From: Lama glama
Lineage: Eukaryota
Direction of reading: 5' to 3'
Assembly: GCA_028534125.1 (NCBI GenBank)
Contig: CM052818.1
Location: forward strand, 7,814,001-7,878,000
Length of the DNA stretch: 64,000 bases
The translations under genes were made by a program, and so were the position numbers. This document shows, piece after piece, positions 36,651 to 49,790 of the stretch; positions within the stretch are counted from its first letter, which is position 1; every line of letters begins with the position of its first letter. Below the pieces are notes generated by a model. It saw only the letters and a list, made by a program, of their open reading frames with translations. It searched no databases and was not told the DNA's origin.

Positions 36651-39600
36651 ATGCCACCAGTCTTTTATGGTTTACTTTCCTTTAAGTTAAATTTCTCCTC
36701 TTTTTTATCTTCACCTATTTTTTTTATACTTTGTTTTTCTTCCAGTTTTATTAAGATGTAATTGACATACAGCACTGTATAAGTTTAAGGTATATAGAAT
36801 AATGATTTGACTTATATACATAATGAAAATAATTACCTGAGTAAGTTTCTCATGTAGATACAAAATTAAAGAAATAGAAAAAAATTTTTTTCCTTATGAT
36901 GAGAACTTTTAGGATTTTTACTCTCTTAATTTCCATATATAACACACAGCAATGTTAATTATATACATTATGTTGTACGTTACAACATACTTATTTATCT
37001 AATAACTAGAAGTTTGTAACTTTCAACTGCCTTCATCCAATTCCGCTTCTCCCTACCCACCGTCCCTGGTAACCACAAATCTAATCTTCTTCCATGAGTT
37101 GGTTGGTTGGTTGGTTTTTTAAGTATAATTGATCTACAACATTATGTTAGTTCCTGTTACAAAACATACTGATTCGCTATTTCTGTATATTACAAAATGA
37201 TCACCATGATAAGTCTAGATAAAATCTGTGACCATACAAAGATATTATAGAATTATTGACTATATTCCCTACACTGTACATGTCATATGCATGATATTTA
37301 CTTTGCAACTGGAAGTTTGTACCTCTTAATCTCACTCACCTATTTCTCTCCTCCCCACAACTCCCTCCTCTCTGACAGCCACCTGTTTGTTCACTGAATC
37401 TATGACTCTGTTTCCGCTTTGTTATGTTTATTAATTTGTTTTATTTTTTAGCTTCCACATATAAGTGAAATCATATGATATTTGTCTTTATCTGACTTAA
37501 TTCACTTAGCATAATAGCCTCTAGGTCCATCCATGTTGTTGCAGATGGCAAGATTTCACTCTTTTTATGCCTGGGTAATATTCCATTGTGTATATATATA
37601 TACTACATCTTCTTTATCCATTTACTGGTGGACATTTAGGTTGCTTCCGTATCTTGGCTATTGTAAATAATGCTGCAGTGAACATAGGGGTGCATATATC
37701 TTTTCAAATTGGTGTTTTTTGTTTTTCTGGGATAAATACCCAAGAGTTGAATTGCTGGATCATATGGTGGTTCTATTTTTAATTTTGGGGGGAAACCTCT
37801 GTTACTATTTTCCACAGTGGCTGCACCAATTTACATTCTGACCAACAGTGCATGAGAGTTCCCTTTTCTACACACCCTCGTCAAGCTAGTTATTTGTTAT
37901 ATTTTGGTAATAGCCATCCTGACAGGTGTGAGGTGAAATCTCACTGTGGTTTTGATTTGCATTTCCCTGATGGGTAGTGATGCTGAGCATCTTTTCATGT
38001 GCCTGTTGGCCATCTGGGTGTCTTCTTTATAAAATTGTCTATTCAGGTCCTCTGCCCAATTTTTAATTGGGCTCTCTTTTTTTTTTTTTATGTCGCGTTG
38101 TATGAGTTCTTTGTGTATTTTGTGTATTAACCACTTACTGGATATATCACTTGCAAATGTCTTCTCTCATTCAGTAGATGGCCTTTTTGTTTTGTTGATA
38201 GTTTCCTTCACTGTGCTGAAGCTTTTTAGTTTGATGTGTCCTGTTTGTTCATTTCTGCTGTTGATTCATTTCCCTGAAGAGACGTATTCAAAAAACAATT
38301 AGTAAGATTTATGTCAGAGATTATTGCCTTTATTTTCTACCAGAACTTTTATGGTTTTAGGTCTTACATTTAAGCATTTAATCCATTTTGAATTTATGTT
38401 TGAGCATGATGTGAGAAAGTAATCCAGTTTGATTCTTTTGACTGTAGCTGTCCAGGTTTCCCAACAGCATTTATTAAATAAGCTGTCTCTTTTTCTATTG
38501 TGTATTTTTGCCTCCTTTGTCATATTAATTGACCATGCAAGAGTAGATTCACTTCTCTGCTCTTTATTCTCTTCCATTGATCTACATGTCTTTTTTTGTG
38601 CCAGTACCATACTGCTTTGATTACTGTAGCTTTGTAGTATAATTTGAAATCAGGGAGCATGATACCTCCAGCTTTATTTTTTGTTATAAAGATTGTTTTG
38701 GCTATTCGAGGTCTCTTGTGTTTCCATACAAATTTTAGAATAATTTGTTTTAGTTCTGTAAAAAATGCCATTGTTATTTTGATAAGGATTGCACTGAATC
38801 TGTGGGTTGCTTTGAGTACTATGGTCATTTTAACAACATTAATTCTCCTAACCCATGAGCATTGTATATCTTTCCATGTATTTGTGTCATATTCAGTTTC
38901 TCTCATCATTATCTTACAGTTTCTGAGTACAGGTCTTTTATCTCCTTAGTTAAATTTAATCCTAGTATTTTATTCTTTTTGATGCAGTTGTAAATGGGAT
39001 TATTTTCTTCACTTCTCTGTCTGAAGTTTATTGTTAATGTATAGAAATGCCACAGATTTCTGTGTATTAATTTTGCATCTTGCAGCTTTACCAAATTCAT
39101 TGATGAGTTCTGATAGTTGTTTGGTAACATCTGTAGGATTTTCTGTGTCTACTATAATCATCTGCAAATAGTGACAGTTTTACTCTTCCTTTCCAAATTG
39201 GATTCCTTTTATTTCTTTCTCTTGTCTGATTTCTATGGCTAGGACTTCTAGTATCAAGTGAATAAAAATGGAGAGAGTGGGAATCCTTGTCTTGTTCCTG
39301 ATCTTCGAGGAAATGCTTTTCAGCTTTTCACCATTGAGAATGATGTTAGCTGTAGGCTTGTCATATATGGCCTTAATCATGTTGAGGTATTATCCCTCTA
39401 TGCCCACTTCCTGGAGAGTTTTTATTATAAATTGATGTTAAATTTTGTCCGAAGCTTTTTTTTTTTTTTGCAGCTGTTGAGATGATCGTATGATTTTCAT
39501 TCTTCAGTTTGTTAAAGTGGTATATATCACATTGATTGATTTCTTGAGTCCCTTGGATAAATTCCACTTGATCATGGTGTATGATCCTTTTACTGTATTG

Positions 39601-41736
39601 TTGAATTTGGTTTGTTAGTGCTTTGTGGAGGATTTTTGCATCTATGTTCTTCAGGGATATTGCCCTATAATTTTCTTTTTTTGTGATATCTTTGTCTGAT
39701 TTTGGTATCAGGGTAATGCTGGCCTCAGAGAATGAGTTTGGAAGCATTCCTTCCTCTGAAATTTTTGGGAATATTTTGAAAGAGATGGGTGTTAACTCCT
39801 CTCTAAATGTTTGTAGAATTCACCTGTGAAGCCATCTGGTCCTAGACTTTTGTTTGTTGGGAGTTTTTTTTTTTTTTTAATTACTAATTCAATTGCATTA
39901 CTGATAATTAGTCTGGTCATGTTTCCTATTTCTTCCCGATTCTGTCTTGGGAGATTGTACATTTCTAGAATTTGTCCATTTCTTCTAGCTTGTCCATTAT
40001 ATTGGCATATAATTGTTCATAGTAATCTCTTATGATTCTTTGTATTTCTGTGGTGTTGGTTGTAACTTCTTCATTTCTGATTTTATTGATTTGGGTCCTC
40101 TCTCTTTTTCTCTTGATGAGTCTGGCTAAAGGTTTATTGAATTTGTTTATCTTTTCAAAAAAAACAGCTCTTAGTTTCATTGATCTTTTCAATTGTTTTT
40201 TAGTTTCTATTTCATTTATTTCTGCTGTGATCTGTATGATTTCTTTCCTTCTAATAAATTTGGGTTTTGTTTGTTCTCCTTTTTCTAATTCCTTTAGGTG
40301 AAAGGTTAAGTTGTTTATTTGAGGTTTTTCCTATTTCCTGAGGTAGGCTTGTATCACTATAAATTTCCCTTTTAGAACTGATTTTGCTGTGTCTCATAGA
40401 TTTTGGATCATCGTGTTTTTGTTTTCATTTGTCTTCAAATATTTTTTTTTAACTTCTTCTTTGATTTCTTGAGTGATCCATTGGTTGTTTAGTGGTATAT
40501 TGTTTAGCCTCCATCTGGTTTTGGTTTTTACAGCTTTTTTTCTTGTAGTTTATTTCTAGTCTCAGAGTCTTGTGGTTGGAAAAGATGCTTGATATGATTT
40601 CAGTTTTCTTAAATTTATTGAGACCTCTTTTGTGGCCTAGCATGTGATCTACCCCAGAGAATATTCCATGTGCAATTAAAAGAATGTGCATTCTGTTGCT
40701 TTTGGATTGAATGTTATATATATATCCATTAAGTGTATCTAATGTGTCATTTAAGGACAGTGTTTCCTTATTGACTTTCTGTCTGGATGATCTGCCTATT
40801 GATGTAAATTGGGTGTTAAAGTCTCCTACTATTATTGTGTAGCTGTCAATTTCTCCCTTTGTGTCTGTTAATATTTGCATTATGTATATAGGTACTCCTA
40901 TGTTGGGTGCATATATATTTACGATTGTTATATCTTCTTCTTGGATTGATCCCTTGATCATTATGTAATGTTTCTTTGTCTCTTGTAATTGTCTTAAAGA
41001 CTATTTTGTCTGATATAATTATTGCTACTCCCACTTTCTTTTTTTCCATTTGCATGGAATTCCTTTTTCCATCCCCCTATTTTTAGTTTGTGTGTGTCTG
41101 TAGATCTGAAGTGGTTCTCTTGTAGTCAACATACATATGGGTCTTGTTTTTGTATCTATTCAACCACTTTATGTCTTTTGACTGGAGCATTTAGTCCATT
41201 TACATTTAAAGTAATTATTGATAGGTATGTACTTACTGCCATTTTGTTAATTGTTTGGGGACTGTTTTTATAGTTCTTTTCTGTTCCTTTTTTCTTCCTT
41301 TCCTCTCTTCCTTTATGATTTAATGACTAAATTTAGTGGATTCCTTTCTCTTTTGTGTGTATGTATCTATTACAGATTTTTGGTTTGTAGTCACCATGAA
41401 TTTTGTATATTGTAATATATATGATGATTTTATATACATATATAAAATAAATAGTATATATGATTTTTTAGGTTGCTGATCTCTTAAGTTCAAAAGTATT
41501 TTAACAACTCTGCATTTTTACTTACCTCCACCCACATTTACTGTTTTTGACATATTTTACATTTTTTTGTTTTGTGTATCCCTTAACTGCTTATTGTGGA
41601 TATAGATAATTTTACTACTTTTATCTTTTAAACTTCCTACTAGCTTTATAAGTGGTCAGTTTACTACCTTTCCTGTATAATTACCTTTACCAATGAGATT
41701 TTTCCTTTCATAGTTTTCATAATTCTAGTTGTGGCC

Positions 41737-41878
41737 TTTTTTTTTTTAATGGAGGTACTGGAGATTGAACCCAGAACCTCACACTTGCTAAGCATGTGCT
41801 CTACCATTGAGCTATACCCTCCCCCAGAAACTCACACTTGCTAAGCATGTGCTCTACCACTGAGCTATACCCCCCACC
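41737..41878 (-). mobile_element. tRNA-Ala(AGC)-derived SINE (camelid Vic-1 type) with a duplicated 53-bp head, inserted in the L1 spacer
   Basis: Minus strand reads GGGTATAGCTCAATGGTAGAGCACATGCTTAGCAAGTGTGAGGTTCTGGGTTCAATCTCCAGTACCTCCA-TT-poly(A), a tRNA-Ala body with A and B boxes; flanked by ggcctttt at 41733 and 41879. Confidence 0.9.
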
Positions 41879-42929
41879 GGCCTTTTTTTTTTTTTCTTTT
41901 AAAGAAGTTCCTTTTAACATTTATTATAAAGCTGAACTCTTTTAGCTTTTGCTTGTCTGTAAAATTTTTGATCTCTCCTTCAAATCTGAGTAAACGCCTT
42001 GCTGGGTAGAGTATTTTCAGTTGTGGATTTTTCCCTTTCATCACTTTAAATATATTGTGCCACTCCCTTCTGGCCTTCTGCAGAGTTTCTGCTAAAAAGT
42101 CAGCTGATGGCCTTATGAGAGTTCCTATGTATGTAACTTGTTGCTTTTCCCTTACTGCCTTAAAGATTCTCTTTTTATCTTTAATCTTTGCTATGTTGAT
42201 TACAATGTGTCTTGGTATGGTTCTCTTTGGATTGATCCTGTTTGGGACTCTCTGTGATTCTTGGACCTGGACAACTTTCCCTTTCCCAGGTTAGGGAAGC
42301 TTTTAACTATTATGTCTTCACAGATGTTCTCTGCCACTTCCTCTCTTCTCCTTCTGGGTCCCTTATTATGCAAATGTTAGTATGCTTTGATGTTTTCCAC
42401 AGGTCTCTTAAACTATGCTCGTTGAAAAAAATTGTTTTCTTTTTTCTGTTCAGCTTGGGTGATTTCCACTATTCTGTTTTCCAGCTTGCTGATTTGTTCC
42501 TCTGTACCATTTAGTGTTGATTCCTTCCATTGTATTTTTTATTTCAGTTATTCTATTCTCAGCTCTGTTTGATTCTCCTTTATATTTTCTAACTCTTGTT
42601 AAAGTTCTCACTGTGTTCATCCACTCTTCTCCCAAGATCTTAGAACATCTTTATGATCATTACCTTAAACTCTTTATCAGGTAGATTGTCCATCTCCACC
42701 TCACTTAGTTCTTGTTCCTTTGTTTGGAGCATATTTCTCTTTAACCTCATTTTGCCTAACTTGCTGCTTTTACTTCTATGTTTCTGGTAGGTTAGTTATG
42801 TTTCCCAATCTAGGAAAAGTGATCTTTGTAGGAGACAACTTACATGTCCCAGAAGCACACTCCCTCTGGTCACCAGAGCTATATGCTCTAGGGGTACCTC
42901 CAATGTGGGTTGAGTGATCCCTTCAGTCG

Positions 42930-43900
42930 TGGCAGGCTGACTACTGTGGGCAGTCTGGTGGGCCTGGCTGGTCCCCAGTTCCTTGACTTCCAGGCTCTGC
43001 CTTGTTTGGAGGCTGCCAGCTCCTGTGGGCAGGGCAGGGTCACAATGCTGCTGGGTGCAGAGCTCCCAGGCATCCCAGGGCTAGTGCTGTCACTCTGGTG
43101 GACAGAGCCAGGTCTTGGGGTACCTGACTGTGGGGCATTGGGTCCCTGATCTAGTGTTGGCCTGCTGGTATTAGGGCTGGTTCCTGACATGGCTGGCTGT
43201 GGGATCCAGGGTTTCCCAAAGCTGATGTTAGCCTGCTGGTGAGTGGGTCTGGATCCCAGGGCAGCTAGCTGAGGGGGTCTAAGCTGTTTAGAAGCTGGTG
43301 TCAGCCTGCTGGTGGGCAGGGTTGGGGCCCAGGGGATCCTAGGGTTATTACTGGCTCACTGGTGGGTAGAGCCAGGTTCTAGGGATCCTAATGTTGGAGT
43401 TGGCCTTTTGGTTGAAGGGGCTGGATCCCAGAGTAGCTGGCTAAGGGGCCCAAGGTGTCCCAGAGCTGGTGTCAGCCCACTGGTGGGCAGGGCTGGGGTC
43501 CATGGGTCCCAGGGCTGGTGCCAGCCTGCTGGTGGGTGGACTGGGTCCTGACACTGTAGTTTGCAGGGCTGTATTGGTTCTGGAGCTGGTGTTGACCTGC
43601 TGGTGGGCAGGGCTGGGGCCCAGGACATCCTGGGGCTGGTGCCCTCTTACTGCTGGGCAGAGTCAAATCCTAGAGCTAGTGCTGGCCCACTGATAGGAAA
43701 GTCTTGACATCTCTAGCTGCTGTCAGAGGGCTCTGGCTACAGGGTCCAGGAGTCCTTGAGGCTGGTCTCAGAGCTAGTTCTGGCTTATTGGTGGGCAGGG
43801 CTGGGTCCTAGGCCCTCTGATGGGTAGGGCCAGGTCCCAGGGCAGCTTATGGGGCTCAGGGGGTTCTAAGAAAGTCAACCTGATGATGAGCAGGGGTGGG
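42930..43900 (-). repeat. GC-rich degenerate tandem monomer array in the L1 5' UTR
   Basis: Recurrent gcctgctggtgggcagggctggg-like core near 43160, 43231, 43304, 43474, 43524, 43596 and 43787. Confidence 0.8.
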
Positions 43901-46239
43901 GCTGTGTCTGAGGCTAGTAATTTAGAGGATTCCAAAATGGCACTTGCTAGCACCAGTGTCCACATGGTAGAATCAGCTCCTGAAAATGGCTGCCACCAGT
44001 GTCTGAGTCCCCAGGGTGAATGCTAGTCATCTCCTGCCTCTCTGGGAACTTGTCCAAGAGCAGCAAGTATGTCTGACCCAGACTCCTTTCAAATGACTAC
44101 TTCTGCCCTGGGTCCCAGCACATGTGAGATTTTGTGGGAGCCCTTTAAGAGTGGAATTTCTATTTTCTACCACTCTCTGGCTCTCCTGAAATAAGCCCTG
44201 CTGGCCTTTCAAAGCCAAGTGTTCTGGGGGTTCATCTTCCCAGTGCAGAACTCCTGGGCTAGGAGCCCAATGTGAGGCTCAGATTCCTCGCTTCTCGGGG
44301 ACAACCTCTGCAACTGTCATTATCCTCCTGTTTGTGGGTCGCCCACCCCAGGACTCTGGATCTTGACTATACTGCAGCTTCTCCCTTCCTACCCATCTCA
44401 GTGTGGTTTCTTCTTTTTATCTTTAATTGAAGATCTTTTCTGCAAGTCTTCAGGTATCTCTCAATTTGCTCTGCAATTTTTATAATTTTGATGTGCCTTT
44501 GGGAGAAGGTGAGCTCAAGTTCTTCTTACTGTGCCATCTTGAACACTGGAACCTCAGTCACAAGAAAACTATCAGAAGTAATGGGATTACAGGCTTCCTT
44601 GGCACATCCAAAGGAGAAAAGATTTCTTCTCTTGAAATAAACAGCTGATAAGATATTGAAGTGCTTTCTTAATTAATTTCCTCATGGGCTAGATTTCTTG
44701 GACATCTCTGTTCACTTTGACCAAAAATAGCTTTTCAGAAATGCAGCTGATTTACATAATAGGAAAAATTCCAGAAACAGAAAACTATTATTTTCTTTGG
44801 CAGACTCTAAAGTGTGAAACATTCTTAGTAGGTGTGGTAATTAAGCAAAGGTAGTAAGTACACGTTTTTTCACTTCTAAGACATTTTATATCATGGATAG
44901 ATCTTAGGTCTAGGAACACTGATGACCTGCCAAAATTCTGAACAAGTAGTTGTAAGGTTGGTGTCCTTTCAATTGAATAAGGTAACCTTTTAGAGATATT
45001 GCTACCCTGTTTGATCAGAAGAAAGATATCTTAGATTTCAATTCAATAACTAATTATGATGGATGCAATCTAATTACAAGCTAAAATAAAGCTATTTATT
45101 CTTGCTCAATTCTGCTAACCAGAGATTTCTTCTGGAATAAAAGGAACATCTGGACATTAAAATGGCATTTTTATTATTTATCTTTTTTTAAACAAAGAAC
45201 CTTAACTTTACCTGAAGGGATCAAAAACAGCATATTCATCTAAAGTCAAATATGTTATTAATTAATTAATTTGGTGTCTTTAAAAATTCAATTCTTAAAG
45301 AATTTTTCTCTGGCTTTCTGCAAATAGGTAATAGATTATAATACAGAGACAAACCTAGAATAGCTCAACATAGATTTTAAATATAATTTAAAACCTTATT
45401 GTCCTATGACCACTTATTTCTTTGGTAACACTTGGACTTTTCTTTTTTCTTGAAAAAGTATCTGAAATCAACTGGGCTAAAAGAATTTTATGGCTCACCA
45501 CATTTTGCCCCAAGGTGAGTTGGCAGGGAGCAGGGACTGGCCACTAAATCTCAGTAGCAAGAGGAGCCTGGTGTTTCCTTGGCAAAATAAATGTGGATCT
45601 AATTTCTGGCTCTAAGCAGAGAAGAGAAATAGAACAATGACCAATAGTGGCCGTGTGAAAATTGCTGCTCTCCTTTAAAATGCAGCACAAAAATTACCAC
45701 TTTCTACATAGAAAGCCTTCCAAGGCTATCCCTTCCTAGTGCTAGCTTGCTCTCTTCACTTAGATTTTCTTTCCCCTACCCTTTCTTTGTATGTGTAATT
45801 ACATCTTTTTTCATTGCTTTGGTATTCTATTAGATTATATAGGTGAGGACAGGACCACATTTTAAAATATATATATATTTTTTACTATCCCTCTTTCTTT
45901 ATAATCTCCACATCCTAGGAATTTATTGATAGTCTTGAGCAACTTTTTAAAAATTATTCATTGCAGATCTTTTGGGTAAAGCCTCACCAGTTAAGACTGA
46001 TTTTATAATTCAGTCTGAATTAATTATTAAATATTTTAAGATTAATACAACTTTATTCCTCTCATGAACATAACATTTATTTATCATGGACATGAATGAG
46101 AGAAATCTGCGTTAATGTACACGCAAGAACGATCTGCAACTGACACATGACTTGTTGAATTATAGTTTCTTCTAAAGTGTTTGAGAATAACTCTTCCTTT
46201 ATTAGTTTAAATGTGAATGCACACAGTCAGCTACTTTAC

Positions 46240-46350
46240 TGAGCTCTTTAAGAACAGAAAGTACTTTACTTACCTTTGTGAACCCAGTGCCGAACAAATC
46301 CTGGGACATAGAAGTTGCTCAGTAAATGCTCGTTAAATTAAGTTGAATAA
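46240..46350 (+). mobile_element. L2 3' end
   Basis: tgagctctttaagaacaga...cccagtgccgaacaaatcctgggacatagaagttgctcagtaaatg. Confidence 0.7.
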
Positions 46351-46455
46351 GGAAATGAGTGGCTAGCACTGTAATACTGGGTATATTATTCATTTGCTAA
46401 ATCTGTTAAGAAAGAAAACCTTCTTCCTGGTTCCTGGAAGAAATGGCACAGAAAC

Positions 46456-46840
46456 TGTATTAGTTTGCTAGGGCTGCTGTAACAAAGTACCACAAACTGA
46501 AACAGCAGAACTGTATTGTCTCACAGTTCTGGAGGCCAGAGGTCTGAGATGAAGGTATTGGCAGGGTTGGTTCCTTCTGAAGTCTGTGAGAGAAGGATCA
46601 TTCCCCTTCTTCTTTATGTCTCTTCACATTATTTTCCCTCTCTGTGTGTCTGTGTCCAAATTTCTTCTTCTCATAGGTGCACCTATGGGTCATATTGGAT
46701 TAGGACCCATCCTAAGAACTTCGTTTTCATTTGATTAGCTCTGTAAAAACCCTATCTGCAAATAAGGCATTCTGAAGGACTTAGGGGTTATTAGAATTTC
46801 ACCATATAAATTTGGGAGGAGAATTATAATCCAATTAATA
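46456..46840 (-). mobile_element. MLT1C/B MaLR LTR
   Basis: tgtattagtttgctagggctgctgtaacaaagtaccacaaactg...tctcacagttctggaggccagaggtctgagat...gtcatattggattaggacccatcct. Confidence 0.92.
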
Positions 46841-47649
46841 GGAAACACTAAAAGACTAGGGTCTGAAATAATATTTGTGTGGCACTTTTCATTAGTATGA
46901 GTTTGGGGTACTGGGAGGGTACCTTAGGAACTGAACTGTCACAGAATTGTTCATTATTGTAGATTGGCCAGACTTAGAATTTCTTTGGTGGTCAGTTCCC
47001 GAAAAGACTTAGTGGATCCTGATTTATTTTGGATAGTTCCACAAATCAGTAAATAGAGTCAGAGAGCCCAACTAGACATGGCCTTTGAGTCTGAGAACTT
47101 TAGTCTTCTAGCCATAGACATCTCTCTGAGACCTGCCCATCCCCCTGATTTACATTTTGGTGACTTATGCCACCAGTGTAATTGAAAACAATGAATTTAG
47201 ATAAAGAAGCCCCTTCTGTAATCCTCTATTTGACACAAAAGTAGTTGTTTTTGTCCAATGTAGATTATTTAACAGGAGAAACTTTGGCAACTAAGTTTAT
47301 CTCCTACTACTGCCTCCCATGTCCTTCTCTGCTTTCAGCCTAAGCTTCCCTCTTTGTTATAGGTTTTTATTGAAAACCACAAGAAATAGCCAACATAAGG
47401 TACCCTACCAGAGGGCATAGCGACTTTTTTCTCAGGCTAGCCTCTCTCTTGGCGGTACTGGATTTATACAATCTATTCTATATGATAATGTCCAGTGGAA
47501 GAAGCTGGGCCCAAGTACTGAGTAGATAACCACAATCTTCACTATAAATGTCTAGATAGAAGAGTGCTGATGGTTAAAGCTGGGAAAGATAGCCAGTTGG
47601 TGCATCAGATTAGATGCAAAGGTGGTAGGCAAAAGTGGTAGAAAATTGC

Positions 47650-48215
47650 ATTATTTGGAGTACTTGGAGCTATAAGTAACAGAAACCCAGCTGAAAGTGA
47701 TGGCTTAAATAGTAGGGAAATTTATTGGTTCCCACAACTGGAAGTTCAGAGGTAGACTGGGCTTCAGGTTTGGCTGAAACTCAGTTCAACAATGTCATTA
47801 AAGACCCAGGATAATATAAGTTCTATCCTAAGGTGGTTTCCTCATGGTCATAAAATAGTAGTAACGATTGAAGCTAAATGCGTGTTTGATTTTAAAAACT
47901 GCCATCCCTTCTAATGACTCAATTAAGAGTGAGGAAACTTTTCCCAGAAGCCTCCAAATAATCTTCTTGGCATGTTTTATTGGCCTAGATACAGTCATGT
48001 GCCTATTCCTAAACGAGCCTGTTTCTAAAGGAATGCCATGTGCTAACTGGTTTGAGCACTGGGTCCTAGACCAATCATAGGCAAGAAGGATCAGAATTTA
48101 ATGACTGAGTCAAAAGCACCTGCCTCCGTTGCCCAGGTCAATTCCTTAAACCAAATGGCTGATGCACAATGTGAGGAGGTGGGATAGATGTTGGAGAGAT
48201 TACCTCAGTGTCCAC
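47650..48215 (-). mobile_element. MLT1K-like LTR
   Basis: aagtaacagaaaccca...ggcttaaatagtagggaaatttattggttcccacaactggaagttcagagg...cctcatggtcataaaat...gtcatgtgcctattcctaaac. Confidence 0.8.
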
Positions 48216-48979
48216 GTTATAAACGGAAGCCCACATTAAGGAGTAAAAGATAAATGGCAAAGTACAAGCATGAAACGGCAATTCAAACGGCAATTTGGGC
48301 ATAGGCTGGAGCTTTTTTCTATGATCTGGCTGTTTTGACCATGTAAGAAAAAGACCAATAACCAATATCTGACATTTTTACCTAATATTTCATCTGTATA
48401 TGTGATTCAGCTGATGCCTTTAATTATAATTCAGTTCCTTAAGTTTTTTTACAATCAGTTCTCAAAAATTAAATTTCCTGCCAGCATCCTAAAAATGGCA
48501 ATGTGGCATATATATGTGTGGAAGTGCTAAGTATTTTACAAAATTAAGAATTTTAAGATTCTGAAATTTAAATTATCAATAACATTTACAAAGTTCAGTG
48601 TAGACACAGCTCTACACTAATCCTTGGAAGACTAACCATTTCACATTAAATAAAATTTTTATTTATTGTCATTTTCAGTCAGACCTGTGACTAGCAGAGG
48701 TATATGCAGTGTTAAGACCATAGATGTGGGAGCGTGTGTAGAGATCCTAGTTTCATTTTCATTTTAATTATCTTTGAAGATGCATAATTTTGTTTTTTTT
48801 TAATTAAGAACCTTACAGTAAAAGATATTTTATATTTAAAAGTTTTTTTCTTTATCCTAGCACCTTTGGAATTATTTTGGCATGACATTTACATTACAGA
48901 ATTAAGAAGAGGGAAGCATACTTCTTGAGTAGCACATGGGCTTCTACCATGGTGGTTCTGCCTTTGTTTTCAGTGTTAT

Positions 48980-49520
48980 TCAAATCCAGGATGTCAGAAG
49001 TGCTTGGAGTGATTTTTCTAAAACATAATTCTGATTATGTTGCCCCACTGCTTTAAACTCATCAGCAGGTTGGATCCAAAACTCCTTAGTCCAGCTGTGA
49101 GGGCCATCAGGAGAGACCCTTACCTTTCCATTTCCCTCTCTGACTCACCTCCCCACTCCCAGTCCATATTCCAACCACACTGATGAACTATTTGCACTTT
49201 CCCAAATCCACCAAACGTTTTTATGCTTCTGCCAGGAGCACTTTTCATCCCCCGTTTCTCCTAATCTGCCCTCTTCTTTAAGATGCTCTTCCAGGATCAT
49301 CACTTCCAGTTTAGATGCCCCTTCTGGGAATATACACATCACCCTGGGCTGATATCTGTCTTTGTACTATCTACGACATATTGTGTTGAAGGTGTCTATT
49401 TGCTTATTCTTTTTCCACATTAGAGGACCATGCCATCTTCACCTTTGTACCTCCCTCCAGAGCCCAATAAAATATTTGGCAGTTAATAGGGACTTAATCA
49501 TTTTTTGGCTGAATGAATTT
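48980..49520 (+). mobile_element. L2 fragment
   Basis: gtgatttttctaaaacataattctgattatgttgccccactgctttaaa...tccaaaactccttag...ccacactgatgaactatttgcactttccc. Confidence 0.8.
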
Positions 49521-49539
49521 ACTTTGTCTTCATTTGCTA

Positions 49540-49790
49540 GTAATTGCAATAGCTATCATTTGTTAAACAGATTTACATGCAGGCACTGTAGTAGATGCTT
49601 TACATTTTTTACCTCATTTAATTTTCACAGTTGTCATGTGAGTAAGACTCACTATCCTCTTTTTAACGGATGAGAGAATAGGCTTAGAGAAGTTCAGTAA
49701 CTTACCTAAAATTAAGTAGCAAAGCTGGGATCAACCTCACGTCTGTCAGTTTCCAAATCTTTGCTTTTTTTCTCCACACAGCACATTATG
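49540..49790 (-). mobile_element. MIR (MIRb-like)
   Basis: gcaggcactgtagtagatgctttacat...acctcatttaattttcaca...ttttaacggatgagagaataggcttagagaagttcagtaacttacc. Confidence 0.85.

Larger units (their letters stand above)
36720..44550 (-). mobile_element. Near full-length (~7.8 kb) dead artiodactyl L1: 5' UTR about 44550-42720, ORF1 about 42720-41940, spacer, ORF2 about 41250-37750, long 3' UTR
   Basis: Collinear minus ORFs: EN (MIKGSIQEEDITIVNIYAPN...IIVGDFNT), FFEKINKFNKPLARL, RT ([15 protein letters not shown]...[28 protein letters not shown]), [28 protein letters not shown]; many stops and frameshifts; 5' end gccatcttg on plus. Confidence 0.97.

Noticed and set aside
41748..41822. Possible functional tRNA-Ala(AGC) gene
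   Set aside because: Poly(A) tail, TSD, duplicated head and substitutions in the stems mark it as a SINE/retrocopy
37588..42514. Hydrophobic, membrane-protein-like plus-strand ORFs (also 16954-17825)
   Set aside because: They are antisense translations of A-rich L1 ORF1/ORF2
42888..44218. Cluster of GC-rich ORFs on both strands that could suggest a gene or CpG island
   Set aside because: All lie in the L1 5' UTR repeat array, which is CpG-poor; low stop frequency explains the ORFs
45459..45514. Plus-strand candidate exon ending AAG|GTGAGT
   Set aside because: The donor is strong but the acceptor (gaaaaag) is poor; two frames are open, the peptide is unrecognised and there is no convincing partner exon
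48273..48296. aaacggcaatt x2 (and the 16-bp tandem near 63770-63802)
   Set aside because: Simple slippage duplications with no functional cue
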